Positions 1-11,207 of a stretch of DNA of 64,000 bases are shown here, one piece after another. The notes under the pieces are model-generated. The model did no database searches. It saw only the letters and a list, made by a program, of their open reading frames with translations, and had not been told where the DNA came from. The stretch spans positions 29,700,001 through 29,764,000 of the forward strand of contig CM052818.1 in the NCBI GenBank assembly GCA_028534125.1, given 5' to 3'. The position numbers were made by a program, and so were the translations under genes. This stretch comes from Lama glama. Its lineage: Eukaryota. Each line of letters starts with the position of its first letter. The first letter of the stretch is position 1.

Positions 1-2099
1 TAATTCATTACCAAAATATCTCCGAAGGTTCTCCTCCAAACATTTAGTTCTCATCTTTGAATAAATGATCAGTAAAGTTGACCACATCAACTTAAGTTAA
101 AAACACCTTCCTCCAATTTATCTTCCCACCCACTGACCAAACTCATCCTTCCTCTGGTCCAGCAGAATGGAGAGCATGTGTTCAAAAACCAGCCCATCCA
201 TCTCCTAATTTACAAAACACAACATTTTGCAAACTGTTTACTCATGTCTGTGCCAACAATATTACTCAAGCGTGGTGGAGTGGAAAAGCCACAGGGAATA
301 GTGTCGTTGGCCAAGAGCAGTATTTGGGGATCTAAAATTACAGGGAAAATCATACAACATTCATTTTACTTAGTCCCAAATCTCTATCAGATGATGTTGA
401 GCAAAAAGACTCTAAAATTGGCTGGGAGAAAGGAAAAGCTGTCTTAAAGTTTAAGCCATGCCAGGATAGCCTTCAGAGAGAAAGCAGGAGGAAACAAAAT
501 AAGGTGGTGTGCCCTGAAAAGCTGTCATAATACCCAGTGTCCGTCGGGCAAGGGATACGCACACAGGGAAAATAGTGGAAAGAAAACTGAAGGGGAATGA
601 TTGCCTGAAGGTGAGAGGAAACCAAAAAGGAAGTAGAGTTCTTTATGCAGTATTTGGAGGACAGTATTTACAACACTGATGCTGGTTCGATTCAACTTGA
701 CTCGATTCAGGTAGCATTTGTACTATGGCAAGGAACAGGGTCTGGGTATTTAAAGCGACACAGAAACCCTGCTTCTCCAGAGCTCACTAATGGGGGGGGC
801 CGGCAGATACCTCTCCAACCTGGTCCAGCCATACCCAGAGCTAACAGTGAAATCAGAAAACCAGGGAGAGGGGAAGAGGGAGCCGTGATTTTCACCAGGG
901 GAACCCAGAAACACCACGAGGGGTGTGTAAAAGGCTAGGGCACCCAGGAGGGGGCGGGTCTAAGCAGGCAAGCAGGAACCCCTGCGAGCTCATATCTGTC
1001 AAACACTCCTGTGCGGGGGCAGGAAGAGGGGCGGGGGAGCTGCTCTCCAAGCACTTTTTGTGTATTACTTCATGTGGTCCCCTAGCAAGCCTCTGCACAG
1101 TGGTACAGACCATCATCACGTACCTGTGCTGTGAATGCGGTGACTCAGCCTTGCCCCAGCTCTCACAGTCCAAGGTTATGTTGTGAGGAAGTGTTGACAG
1201 AGTCAACATCAAGGTAGGTACCCTGTATTCTAACTCCAAAGACTGAACTTCTAACCATGGAGCTACACTGACTCTAGTTCAGGGCAAGCAAAACTGAGAG
1301 CCAATAAGGAAAGAAAGAGGAGGAAGGTAAAAAAAAAAAAAAAAGTGGGTAAAGTAGGGGAGTAACAGGCAGCATTTCCTTGTAAGCACACTGTCTTGGG
1401 TCTAAATGACACTGTGTGCAAAGATTCTCTGTACCCAACAGACTGTGCCTACATGAAATGTTCAATCCTTAATAATACACTAGGCAAATTCACAGGCGCA
1501 CATGAGCATACACAAATACAGCCCTCATGTATTTTTCCATAAGTACCAAAACAACCAATTTGTGTTACATCAACAAATTATGTACTATTTTCCCTCCCCT
1601 AGAAAGACAGGAAATATCATTAGTAAAAAGTGCAGTCAGAACAAGATAAGACCATAGTCCTTCTCTTATCTATAAATCATTGGGCTTAATTATATCAGGG
1701 AACTTTTAAAAACATGATCCTGATGGGTAGCTGTTGGATATATTATTTTCCACATTTTCCTGTAGCTAAAATATTTTATAATTAAAAATAAAATATTGGA
1801 AAAAAATACCCAAAATGTTCCAAAGTGTTTAAACTTTTTAAAAAACAACTATGTATCAATAATAATTTGCAAATTTCCAACTCTTATAAAAATACATATA
1901 TTTATCATTCAACTAAGGAAAACTGGGTGTAATAACCCCCTATGCAGCCATTTTTGTCCGTACTATTCAAAACTGAGCTAAAGAAATGTTTTCAAAGGCC
2001 TCCCACCTTGAGAAGTTTCAAAATTGCAAAATGCTGGGCTCGGCCTTCAGATTCCCACACAAAGGGTCATAAACACTGACCAGGACAGGGCTCCTTCTG

Positions 2100-2245
2100 G
2101 ATCACTGTTTCTCGAAACGTAGGCCACCTCCATCACCTGGGGTGCTTATCAAGTAAACACCCCGGAGAGTCTGACTCAAGAAGTTAGTTTAACAAACTTC
2201 CCCAGCGATCGGCTGCACAATCACATTTAAGATCCACCAATCTAG
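2100..2245. mobile_element. MER5-type hAT-Charlie fragment
   Basis: Contains atcacctggggtgcttatcaa...tttaacaaacttccccagcgat...cacatttaagatccac, resembling MER5. Confidence 0.4.
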
Positions 2246-2524
2246 AATCTCTTTAAAGCACACCGAGTGGCCGGAGATAAAACCAAAATCACCTGAAGCC
2301 AGTTCTCTACATTTCCTACTCCCTGGAGCATCCACACCACCTGCATTAAGGAAGGAGCCACATTAAATCCACAGTCACAGACTCTGTGGGAGGGAGAGGT
2401 CCAACCAAGCCTCCACCCACTCATCCTAGGCTCATTGCTAGGGAATCCCTAAGTGTCCCAGGGGTGGCCCAGCTCTGAGTAGCCCACTTCTCACGTCCAC
2501 CGGCAGAGCACCTATATAGGCTTT

Positions 2525-2920
2525 TGTTATGAGTTGAATGGTGCCCCACCCCCAGAAAAAAATATATTGGAGTCCTGATCACCAGTACATTACTAGGTGA
2601 CCTTATTTGGAGACAGGGCCTTTACAGAGGCCATCAAGTTAAAATGAGGTCATTAGGCTGGGCCCTAATCCAACAGGACTGGTATCCTTATAAAAAGGGG
2701 GAATTTGGACACAAAGATAGACACGCACTGAGGAAAACTGATATGAAGAAACACAAAGAGAAGACGGCCTTCTGCTGGCCAGCAAGAGAGGCCTGGAAAA
2801 GATCTTCCCTGTTCAACACCTTGATATTGGACTTCCAGCCTCCAGAACTCTGAGACAACAAATTTCTGTTGTTTTAAGCCACCCAGATGGTGGGTCTTTG
2901 TTAGGGGGTTGGGAAAACAC
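2525..2920 (+). mobile_element. ERVL-MaLR solo LTR (MLT1A/B type)
   Basis: TGTTATGAGTTGAAT start, gtgaccttatttggagacagggcc, ttaaaatgaggtcattagg, ggacttccagcctccagaact, aaatttctgttgttttaagccaccca. Confidence 0.85.
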
Positions 2921-3165
2921 AGTGAATTGAGGCAGCAAAAGCTAAGCCAAAGCAGCGCTGTCAGAAGAGTTAAGACCAAGGCCTCAAGAGAGAACTTCAC
3001 GGCACTGGACGTCCAGGAAGCCTAGGGCGGTAGAAAGAACAATAAACCAAGAGCTACAGCACTGGGGTAGGGTCTGAGCCCTGCCTCCTATTTTAAAAGG
3101 AGGTAATACATAGTGCGTGCCTGGTCAACACCTGCAGGGCATGAAGATCAAGAAAATGCTCCCCA

Positions 3166-3290
3166 CTTCTGGCTTCGGCAGCACACGTACCTATACTGGA
3201 ATGCTACACAGAAGATTAGCAAGACCCCTGTGCAGGGATGACACGCAAATTCATGAAGCAGTCGTATTTTTTTTAATTTTTTTTTTTAAA
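3166..3290 (+). pseudogene. U6 snRNA processed pseudogene (antisense in LTBP1 intron 2)
   Basis: gcttcggcagcaca...gaagattagca...cccctgtgcagggatgacacgcaaattcatgaagc...tatttt aligns along the length of U6 with many substitutions. It has a T/A tail and a degenerate TSD (AAGAAAATGCTCCCCAC 3150-3166 / AAGAGAATGCCCTCCGC 3293-3309). Confidence 0.92.
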
Positions 3291-5794
3291 GAAAGAGAAT
3301 GCCCTCCGCATGCTCTAAAGCACTGCACCGATTACCCTCATCCCATCAGCGACTCCTCAGCCTTGGATCTGATCTTGGTCAGTGTTACAAGAGTGGTGAC
3401 ACCTCCCCAGCACTCCAAGTCTCCCTGCTCATTGCTTGGAAGGGCTTGGAAGCAAAATCTGCATTTCAGGAAAATATAACTTGAGCTCCACAAACATGTT
3501 TGAGTATGTTTGGAATATCCAAGACAACAAATGACAGGGTCAGAAACAGCAAACTCCGGCGGCGGCCAAAGGTCCTGTCAACAAGATGGCTTCCTAAGGG
3601 CCCAGGGATCACCGGGCAGAGAACACTGCCCCAAAGCAGGCCAGGGAGGGGCAGGCGGTGTGCTCAGGCTGGCCCAGGGGCTGGAGGGCTTCACAGTGAA
3701 GGTTTAAGTACGATCGTCGCACAGAATTTATGGTTCCTAAATGTTTGTTTTAACCAGTGCTGAGAACACATATTTGACCCACTGTGAACTTGACCTCTGG
3801 GTCCTTCTCCCTTCGCCGGGCTGTCTGTGCCACATGACAAGGTTTTCCAGCAGACCCTCCCGCCTCTGCTCCCAGCGCTGGGGCTGCGGCGGCCCTCCCA
3901 GCAGCTGCCATGGTAAACTCACTGCAGATCTACTGGTGAAGCAGCTGTCAATGGCCATAGCAGGCACACAAAAAACGTGTGATCATTCTGGGCCCGACTC
4001 CCAAGCCCGGATAGCACGACGCTGAGCCGGGAGGGACAGGAGATGGCCCGAAAGGCCTCTGTCACCTGGAACTCCAGCCACATTTCACACTCGCGGACGA
4101 TGCCCTCTACTGCAACTTCTCTGAGCACCAAGGGCAGACGTGACTATGTCTCCCCTGTATATAATTAAGGAAAATGTCTAGGGTTGGCTTTTTTTCTTTT
4201 TTTCCCCAAAGCAGTGTGGGCTGAATGCCAGTGGAAAAGCAATGGAATATCGATTTTCTGTTTCTTGCTAAGGAGAGAACAAGTCATTTGATGTGCCATG
4301 AGTTAAGTGAGTAAAAACAGACCCTGCACTCCTTACAGCTGGCTGCATTTCTCCTCTATTCATAGACCCTGGCACATGGTGAAAGCTAAACAGATATCCA
4401 TTAAATAAATGAAAGAACCATCCATGCATTCAGGGAGGGCCTGCAATGTGCCAGGTATCCGCTTTGGATTCAGATCTGCCATCTTTCCTGTTCCATCCAC
4501 CTCGTCCTGCCAACCCGGCCTCACTCTCATCTCGCGTTTATTCTTTTGTGTTGTCTGTTCTCAAGTCCAGTCTCCTCTTTAAAGCTGAGCCCACTGGCAA
4601 TGTCTCTCTCTGGCCCGCACTTACCCTGAGAGGGGGACAAAAAGATTGGAAGAACAAAGGTTGGTGGGCCCAGTTTGGACAGAGGAGAAAAAATGCAAAA
4701 ATGGAGAGAGACAAAAATGTTACCACCCTCTCAATAAATGTTAACCTTTTGGAAAGAGAACAAATATGGTGTCATCTCCTTTGCCCAAAATGGACATCAC
4801 TATCAGTGGATACTCCATGTTAGTAACTAAAATGACATACCTCGGGCTGTGATTTTAACTCCCAGAGATCCACACACTGACAGTGTCTGGAAAAGCAGCA
4901 TTAATATGCAACTGGTCACCTCTACACAGAGGCTGGGTGGCTAAGGCCCCCGGGGCCGCCATTGCGGCTGCCCACATCCATTCTCCATCCCCAGGGGGCT
5001 GCCGCTGCCTGTGTCACATCTCTCTGATTGGCAGTTTAAGGTTCACTAAATCTTCAGTCTTCAGAAGCATTTGCCCGTGGCTCATTTCAATGACGTTTCA
5101 ATCAACTAACAACAATCCAGTCTGCCTCTAAGGGGCACCTTGTTTTCATCACTGGATTAAGCAAACTGAACAACATAAACGTATCCTATCTCTTTTGCGA
5201 AATATTTTTTGGATCAACTGGAAAACAGCCTATATAAGCTGAAATTCTTCAGCTAAATCCGTTCAATTATTCTCAAAAATAGAAAGACAATTAGAAGGCA
5301 TCCTGGGTGATAGACTTCCGTGCACGTACATGTTTTATGATGACTTCTATCTTAACGGGGAGCTGCATGTCCAATGTGCTGTTGGTTCCTGCGTTTGTCA
5401 GTGCAGTAAGCCATACGCAAGTGCAATCGTTCAATCTCAGCATAATAAGGAAGTGAGAGAGGTAAGAGACCACAAATCAATGTCTTTTGCAACCTCGGTT
5501 TCACTAGTATTTACCGAAGCAGCTACAGTCACAACAATTGGTGTCAGGATCTTTTCCATTCAATTTATGAATACCGTAGGGGAGTATTTTCTGTCTAAAC
5601 AGCAAGCTTTACACAAAGAGAATTAGAGACCCACAAATAACCTAATATTTAGTCTCTTTTAAGGTTCTTTTAAAATAAATCATTCTGGGGTACAGAACAA
5701 TCCAAACGACTTTCTTTCTTTCTTTTTTCCTGTTAATCAAAGCCAGGCAGGATGGAAGTCATCGGCTTTTTCACTTATTCCTTGTTTTATTCAT

Positions 5795-6103
5795 CTATAT
5801 TGAGGTATAAATGACATATAAAAATTGTATATATTTAAGGTATATGATGATGTTTTGATACATGCACACATTGTGAAATAAGCATCACAATCAAGCTAAT
5901 AAACACACCCATCACTACACAGTTAACTTATTTTTTGTGGTAGGAAGACTAAGATCTACCCTCCGAGGAAACTTTAAGTAAACAGTGCAGTACTGTTAAC
6001 TATAGTCACTCCGCTATACATTAGATCTGCAGAACTTCTCCATCTTGAGGGACTGAAACTTTGTACCCTCAACCAGTATCTCATCTCCCCCTTCCCCAGC
6101 CCT
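5795..6103 (-). mobile_element. L1 3' end (L1MA9-like)
   Basis: ttgaggtataaatgacatat...tgttaactatagtcac...tacattagatct...gactgaaactttgtacc is typical of a reversed L1MA 3' UTR. Confidence 0.8.
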
Positions 6104-6324
6104 AAACTACTTTAAAGCTATAATATGGAAAGGGATCCATCCACGTGTGCATTATTTGGAAAGAAGACGATGACAATAGCTGGGGAAACATACACAGAGA
6201 AAGAAAATCAAGTAACAGAAAAACAAGACAGGATTTACTTGGCTTGATCCAGTACTAAACTTTAAGAATCTTCCTGGTTTCACCAAGGCTTTCACACCTA
6301 CCATTCTCTTTCACTTGGTATCTG

Positions 6325-6480
6325 CAACTATCCTGCAAAGCAGTCAAGATTTTAGCACAGTCATTTCAGGATGGGAAAAGATAGGGTCAGAGAGGTCAAA
6401 TGAATTCCCTAGAGCCACACAGCTAGTGAAGGCTTGAGGATTTAAAGTCAGGTCTCTGACCCCAAGGCCAGGGGTCTTCC
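6325..6480 (-). mobile_element. MIR SINE
   Basis: cagagaggtcaaatgaattccctagagccacacagctagtga...caggtctctgacccca core. Confidence 0.65.
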
Positions 6481-8729
6481 CTGATGTCACACCGCTCAGC
6501 CATGGACACGAGTTTCAGGCATCAGTGGTCACCCCGGCTGTCCTGTGTGAAGGCATAAGGCTCCCTCATCTCTCTGACTCTGCCAGACAAAACAAGTCCC
6601 CCACTGAAACATATCCATCAAGTAGACACATTACTTTAGACTGACTCTCACTTTAAAAAAAAACACACAATCACTCCTAAAAGGGTTTGTGATTTAAGTG
6701 CCTAGCATTTGGATCTGAACTAATTATCAGCTTGGACAGAACTGGAAGGCTAACCTTTTGAGTGCTGAAAAAAATCACCTGATGGGAGCGTAATGCTGCA
6801 CTGATTGCTTAGATCCTGGTGCTGTCCAAGGGCTGCCTTCCAGAAGCTGGAAGGATAACTTGACCCAAAAGCTGGAAGCATTTGTTATCGGTATTATGAG
6901 ACTAAATCAACATAGCAACTTCCTCTGGAACCCTGTAGTAACTTCACCCCTAAATTTTCTGACCGGTAGCCTTCTGCAGCCTCCCTCTTTCTGGGTCTCC
7001 AGCTGGCTAGACCTAGGCACACTCACACCTTTGCCTCTATCACCCAGAGAAGGAGGAAGGCATAAGGCAATTCCTCAGGATCAAGAGAGCATCTTTGGAT
7101 TCCCAAATCCTCAGACAAGCTAAGAATGGGGAACTACTCTCTTTTCAGAGACAGCACTCAACTGCATTTGCCAAATAAGCCTGCAACCGAGCAGGACCCT
7201 GTGGGGCTTTCCAGAGTCAGACCCCCTCCCTCATATCCTCTGCTGTAGCTCCTCTCTGAAGTACTCAGATAACAGTATCTTAAAAATTCTTAACACATTC
7301 TCTAACGGGCAGCAAGGAGCACCCGCCCACTGTCTATAAAAACCTGCTCTGTATTTTTTAATCTTGACATGGCAATATTCCCCTTTACTCAGCAGTGGCG
7401 CTGTCATGGATGGGCTGTCTTCATGTAACGGGCAAAACATATCATATCAGGTTTTGAGCAGGAGTTACTAAAGGGAGGAGAGGGTGTGTAATTTGAACTG
7501 AGCAATTGTAAATTCAGGAAAACGCGGTGCACTATTGTCAAGTGTAATCAAAGAAGTGAAGAATTATGGCTTAATCTAAAGTGCTTACAACCCTGAGCAT
7601 TTCTGATCTAGTGGTTTGAGTTCCGTAATGAGGAGGCTGATTAGTGAGTTCATGTCTGCCATTACTCCTTGATCACAGTCAAAGTATAACCCATCTGGAC
7701 ATTGCTTTTTACAAAATTAAAGCCACTATGCCAAAGCCCTGTCTCTTTCGAGGACTGAAGGCATTTTTCAACAAGCAAGTTCACCAGAACGACTGTACGA
7801 GGAAAAAATTTTTTTAACTCATCCACCAGTATTTTGAAATCCAAACCATATTCAGACAAATTGCTAAATTTGACTCATTATACTGAATACTAATAAGCAG
7901 CGAAAATTTTGGACATTTCCAATCCCCATGTTTATGGTTCCAGCTCTATGCAAAAAACACCTAAGACTGCTTAACTTTTTCTGAGTAGAAGTAAAATTTC
8001 TTTCTTTCCAATTAGCACCAGATAGAATTAACTTGTCAAGAGGACCTTCAAAGTACATTTCAATTTAATCTTTAATTTCACAATGCACAGGGGAACTCTT
8101 TTCTGATGCTCTCAAATCTGTATGTGTCATTAATACATTTTTCAAAGCACTGCTAAGCACATGTATTACCTAGAGAAGCACTGCAGGAAAATCCACCTGT
8201 CAGCTCCAGAGAGCAGTAGAGTGGTGACCTCCACTCAGGAAACAGTCAGGCCTCAAGGAAGACTGTCGGTTGCTATTCTCAGAAAGCTTTAACACTATTT
8301 ATGTTTTATTCCAGAACAGGGCTTCCTACCACCCCTTCCCCTCCTGCTATCAACATAAAGAATGTTTTTCACTTGTCAATACCCATGTTTCAATTAATTG
8401 ATTGGTTCTTCCAGTGGGAATTTTTTCCCTAGCCCCAGATTCACAGGTGTTAACAGCGTAATTAATACCACGGTTGGATGCAGGGGAATCTCGGATGCAC
8501 GGCACAGTTTTGTACAATATATTGCTGCCGGCACTGAGACCATTACCCTAGCGCAGCCCTTCCTGGGTGGCGATGAAGGCTGCAGATAACCAGGTGGACT
8601 GCACTGCAGACAGCATTTGCTGTCTTCAGGGCAGCATTAGCCTCTTCAAGTGACCCCTGTGGCAACTGCCCCATGTGGACAGCCCCACCTCGCCTACTAT
8701 GCAGGGCTGCTGTGAACACAGAAACTTAC

Positions 8730-8800
8730 GTTTGGTGCACCTCTGGGAGCCAGGGGCCTTACTCCAGCCGTGGCAGCACTGCCCTCCACAGACATTGACC
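8730..8800 (-). CDS. LTBP1: LTBP1 coding exon 2 (71 nt; (G)VNVCGGQCCHGWSKAPGSQRCTK(P))
   Basis: Acceptor TTTGTTTCAG|G at 8801/8800 and donor AAAC|GTAAGT at 8730/8729. The first G completes the GG|G Gly codon from exon 1, so the frame joins exactly. The peptide matches the LTBP1 NVCGG-CC-GW motif. Confidence 0.97.
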
Positions 8801-9834
8801 CTGAAACAAAGCAAGAACCCTGAGTCCAGCAGCAGCAACACTCTCTTTCAGGGAACCCAAGCCTCCAAGGGGTTCCTGTAACTCCAGCCTCCTGGCTTCC
8901 AGAGAGTCCTAACAGGTACCTAGGATGCCCAACCCAAAGCTGCCCAAGTAGGAGGGTAGAGACGGCAGATCACAGAAGGATGGGAGAACCAAAACCTGCA
9001 TAAATAACCTAGACCTACACAGGAGGGGGGAACAAGGTCCAAATAAATGGTTTTCTTAACTCCAAAAGTAAAGTACAGCCAAATGTAATTTGTGTATTAT
9101 TTGCTCCTACATTTCAAATTGAATCTGAGTTTTGAGAGAAGTGTCCAAACACGGGTGAGCTCACAACGCCGGGAACCACCCCCAAAGAAGAAAAAAATAA
9201 ATAAGCAAAACAAGCTTTTCCCCCACACCCTCAACCTGTGATTAACGGGGGGGAGGGGGGATGTTTATGAAAGTCCAATAACAAACTATCCAACTGAAAC
9301 TCCTGTCAATGCAAAGACATCCCGCCCTGGAAAGCCGACCCCACAGGTGCAGGGAAGCCAAGCCCACAATTACTAGGATGCTGAAAACTCGAGGTCACAG
9401 AACGGGAGCTGAATCGTTACAGACAGCTCTCCTCCAAACGTTTTTTATACTAGCTCAAAAAAAAATTAAACTGAGTTGCAAAGAGAAGTTTAATTGATGC
9501 CGAGGGATTAAGTTGTAGTGACTTCATGTTTACGCCCATCTTCTAGGAGTAGTTCGGTTTGCGCAGAGGAGGTTACGCCCCAGGCAGAAATGCCTTTTGT
9601 GTTTACCCGCAGCTCAGTAACAATGCGGTCGGAGTTTATCCTCAGTTTCCCGGCTTCCCCGCACTCCGCTCTTCCCGCAGTGCTCGCAGCCAGGCCGGCA
9701 GAGGCGGGCGGGAAGCCGACCGCAGACCCACGGCGCCCGACGCCAGCGGCCACCACGGGGCTCCCAGGGGCCCCGACCCCGCGTGTCCCCGCGCGGGCGG
9801 CGCGCGCGAGCAAGGAGGGAGGGTGTGGGCTTAC
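8801..9834 (-). other. LTBP1: LTBP1 intron 1 (1034 nt, GT-AG)
   Basis: Canonical splice sites bracket this interval between exons 1 and 2. Confidence 0.93.
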
Positions 9835-10301
9835 CCCTGCAGCTGCTGCTTCTGGTGAACCTGCAGCCTCGAGCCCCCGCCGCTCTGGGTCTCCTGCGGC
9901 ACTTTCGAGCGCACCGCTTGCCTGCCTTGTTTGGCGAACGGGGCGGCCGCCGGCTGACCGCCGGGCTTGGGGTGGAGCTGCCCGCCGGGGCCCCCGAGAC
10001 GCGCCGGCTCCGGCGGCGGAGGTGCCGGCCGGAGCCCCTGCAGGGCCGCGCCACCGGGCGGGCTGGTGCGCCGCGTCCGCTCCGAGGGGGTCCCGGCGCC
10101 CGCCGAGCTGCGGCTGTACCTGGCGTTGAGCGCGACGTTGAAGGTCCGCGGGCGCGAGGGCCCGCCCAGGGGTAAGGCGCCCGCCGCCAGGCCGGGGCCC
10201 GGACGCACCACGTAGGTTATCCTCCGCACCCGGCCGTGCGCCGACGACGCAAGCAGCCCTGCCCAGAGCAGGAGCCCCCACCTGAGCCAGGCCCCCGCCA
10301 T
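9835..10301 (-). CDS. LTBP1: LTBP1 (long isoform) coding exon 1: signal peptide, RVRR basic site, Pro/Gly-rich N-terminus
   Basis: ATG at 10301-10299 (Met100 of ORF 9831..10598) begins MAGAWLRWGLLLWAGLLASSAHGRVRRITYVV...RLQVHQKQQLQG, which matches the LTBP1L N-terminus as I recall it. Donor CAGGG|GTAAG with GT at 9834-9833. Length 467 nt, phase 2. Confidence 0.97.
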
Positions 10302-10660
10302 CGCGGGCCCCGGCCGGCGCCCTGGTCCCCGCCCCCGGCCGTGCGGCTCGCCCGGTGCGGCCGCCTGCGCGCGCTCAGGCTCCTCCAAGAGCGGCCGGGA
10401 GCCCGGGAAAGGCGGGGAGGAGGAAAACTCGGCTGCAGGAGAGGAAGTTCTGCGGGCAGCTGAGCGGCCCCAGACCCCAGCCGAAAGCGGCGGAGAGGAG
10501 GGGGCGGGGTGGGGGTGGGGAATGCGGGGCCCGGGAGGGGAGGGGCGAGGGGCGCGGGCTGCGCAAGGTGAGACTCGCTTCTCTCGCCGTTGGCCCAAGG
10601 GGCGCCGCGCCCGGGACCTGACGAGAGTAGACGAGGGCGGGTGTGAGCGCGCGGGACGCT
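10302..10660 (-). other. LTBP1: LTBP1 5' UTR (TSS approximate)
   Basis: GC-rich with no upstream AUG. The TSS is inferred ~25-30 nt downstream of a TATA-like TTTAAAA at ~10686-10694. Confidence 0.6.
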
Positions 10661-10683
10661 CGGCGGCAGCCCGGGCTGCAAAG

Positions 10684-10777
10684 TCTTTTAAAAAGTTTCT
10701 CTCGCCGTAGAACCGAGTGTCAGATCTGAACAGCCAATCTCCGGCAGACGTGACGTCAGGCAGTAAATCCTAATTGG
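10684..10777 (-). promoter_or_regulatory. LTBP1 proximal promoter: TATA-like element, CCAAT boxes, full CRE
   Basis: TTTTAAAAA at ~10686-10694, CCAAT at 10734-10738, palindromic TGACGTCA at 10751-10758, ATTGG at 10773-10777. Confidence 0.65.
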
Positions 10778-11192
10778 GGAAAGCGTGAGATGAGCCCGAG
10801 AACGCGCCGCCACCCTCCACATCCACACAGATGGCTACTGAGGGTCAACAAGACAGAGGTCCCCGCTCCTCGGCCCCGTGTCCCAGGAAAGTATAAAGAG
10901 CTTGGCAAACTCACTGAACGGGCCTTTCCTTCTAGAAGCCCCCACAGGACTCACTTGATACTGTTTGGAAGGCATTTCTAGTCATTTTCTTATCCATGTG
11001 TGCTCGGATACGTGCTGCGGGTACTGGATTAAAATATCAGACCGGGCTCCAGAAAGGACTGCTCGGGATGCGCCGAACTGTCCATTGGGAAAGTTTTTAG
11101 ATAGTTCTCTTTGGGGTTGTATACTCCGCGTGACTGCTTGTGGGTGTGCAGCTTCTGGTACCCTTCTCCTGGCTTGGCATGTACCAGGGCGG

Positions 11193-11207
11193 GCAGCAGG
11201 GGGCGCT
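11193..11207 (+). promoter_or_regulatory. Candidate CTCF site
   Basis: GCAGCAGGGGGCGCT matches 13/14 positions of the core CCAGCAGGGGGCGC and lies at the CpG-island edge. Confidence 0.5.

Larger units (their letters stand above)
1..8729 (-). other. LTBP1: LTBP1 intron 2 (5' part; continues beyond window)
   Basis: Follows the exon 2 donor. The next expected coding sequence (PSCVPPCQNGG..., EGF-like) was not found in the window. Confidence 0.85.
9620..10880. promoter_or_regulatory. CpG island spanning LTBP1 promoter and exon 1
   Basis: Very high GC and abundant CpG (e.g. gcgcgggcggcgcgcgcg at ~9791) against CpG-depleted flanks. Confidence 0.92.

Noticed and set aside
3166..3270. Functional U6 gene
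   Set aside because: Many substitutions, including in the ACAGAGA box region (acacagaag); TSD present; no recognisable PSE/TATA promoter.
6494..6510. REST/RE1-like TCAGCCATGGACA
   Set aside because: It lacks two core bases and the 3' GCGCC, so it is a chance-level match.
10302..10660. 5' UTR is stop-free in frame with LTBP1 (ORF track starts at TTG 10598), suggesting an N-terminal extension
   Set aside because: There is no AUG, only weak TTG codons. Long open frames are expected at this GC content, and an extension would displace the signal peptide.
9508..10710. Multiple long overlapping ORFs on both strands (e.g. 9508-10281, 9518-10129, 10217-10681)
   Set aside because: GC-rich shadow frames of the CpG island with Arg/Pro/Gly/Ala-biased, domainless translations.
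10734..10752. ER-stress element (CCAAT-N9-CCACG)
   Set aside because: After N9 the sequence is ACGTG, not CCACG. It is better explained as the edge of the CRE.
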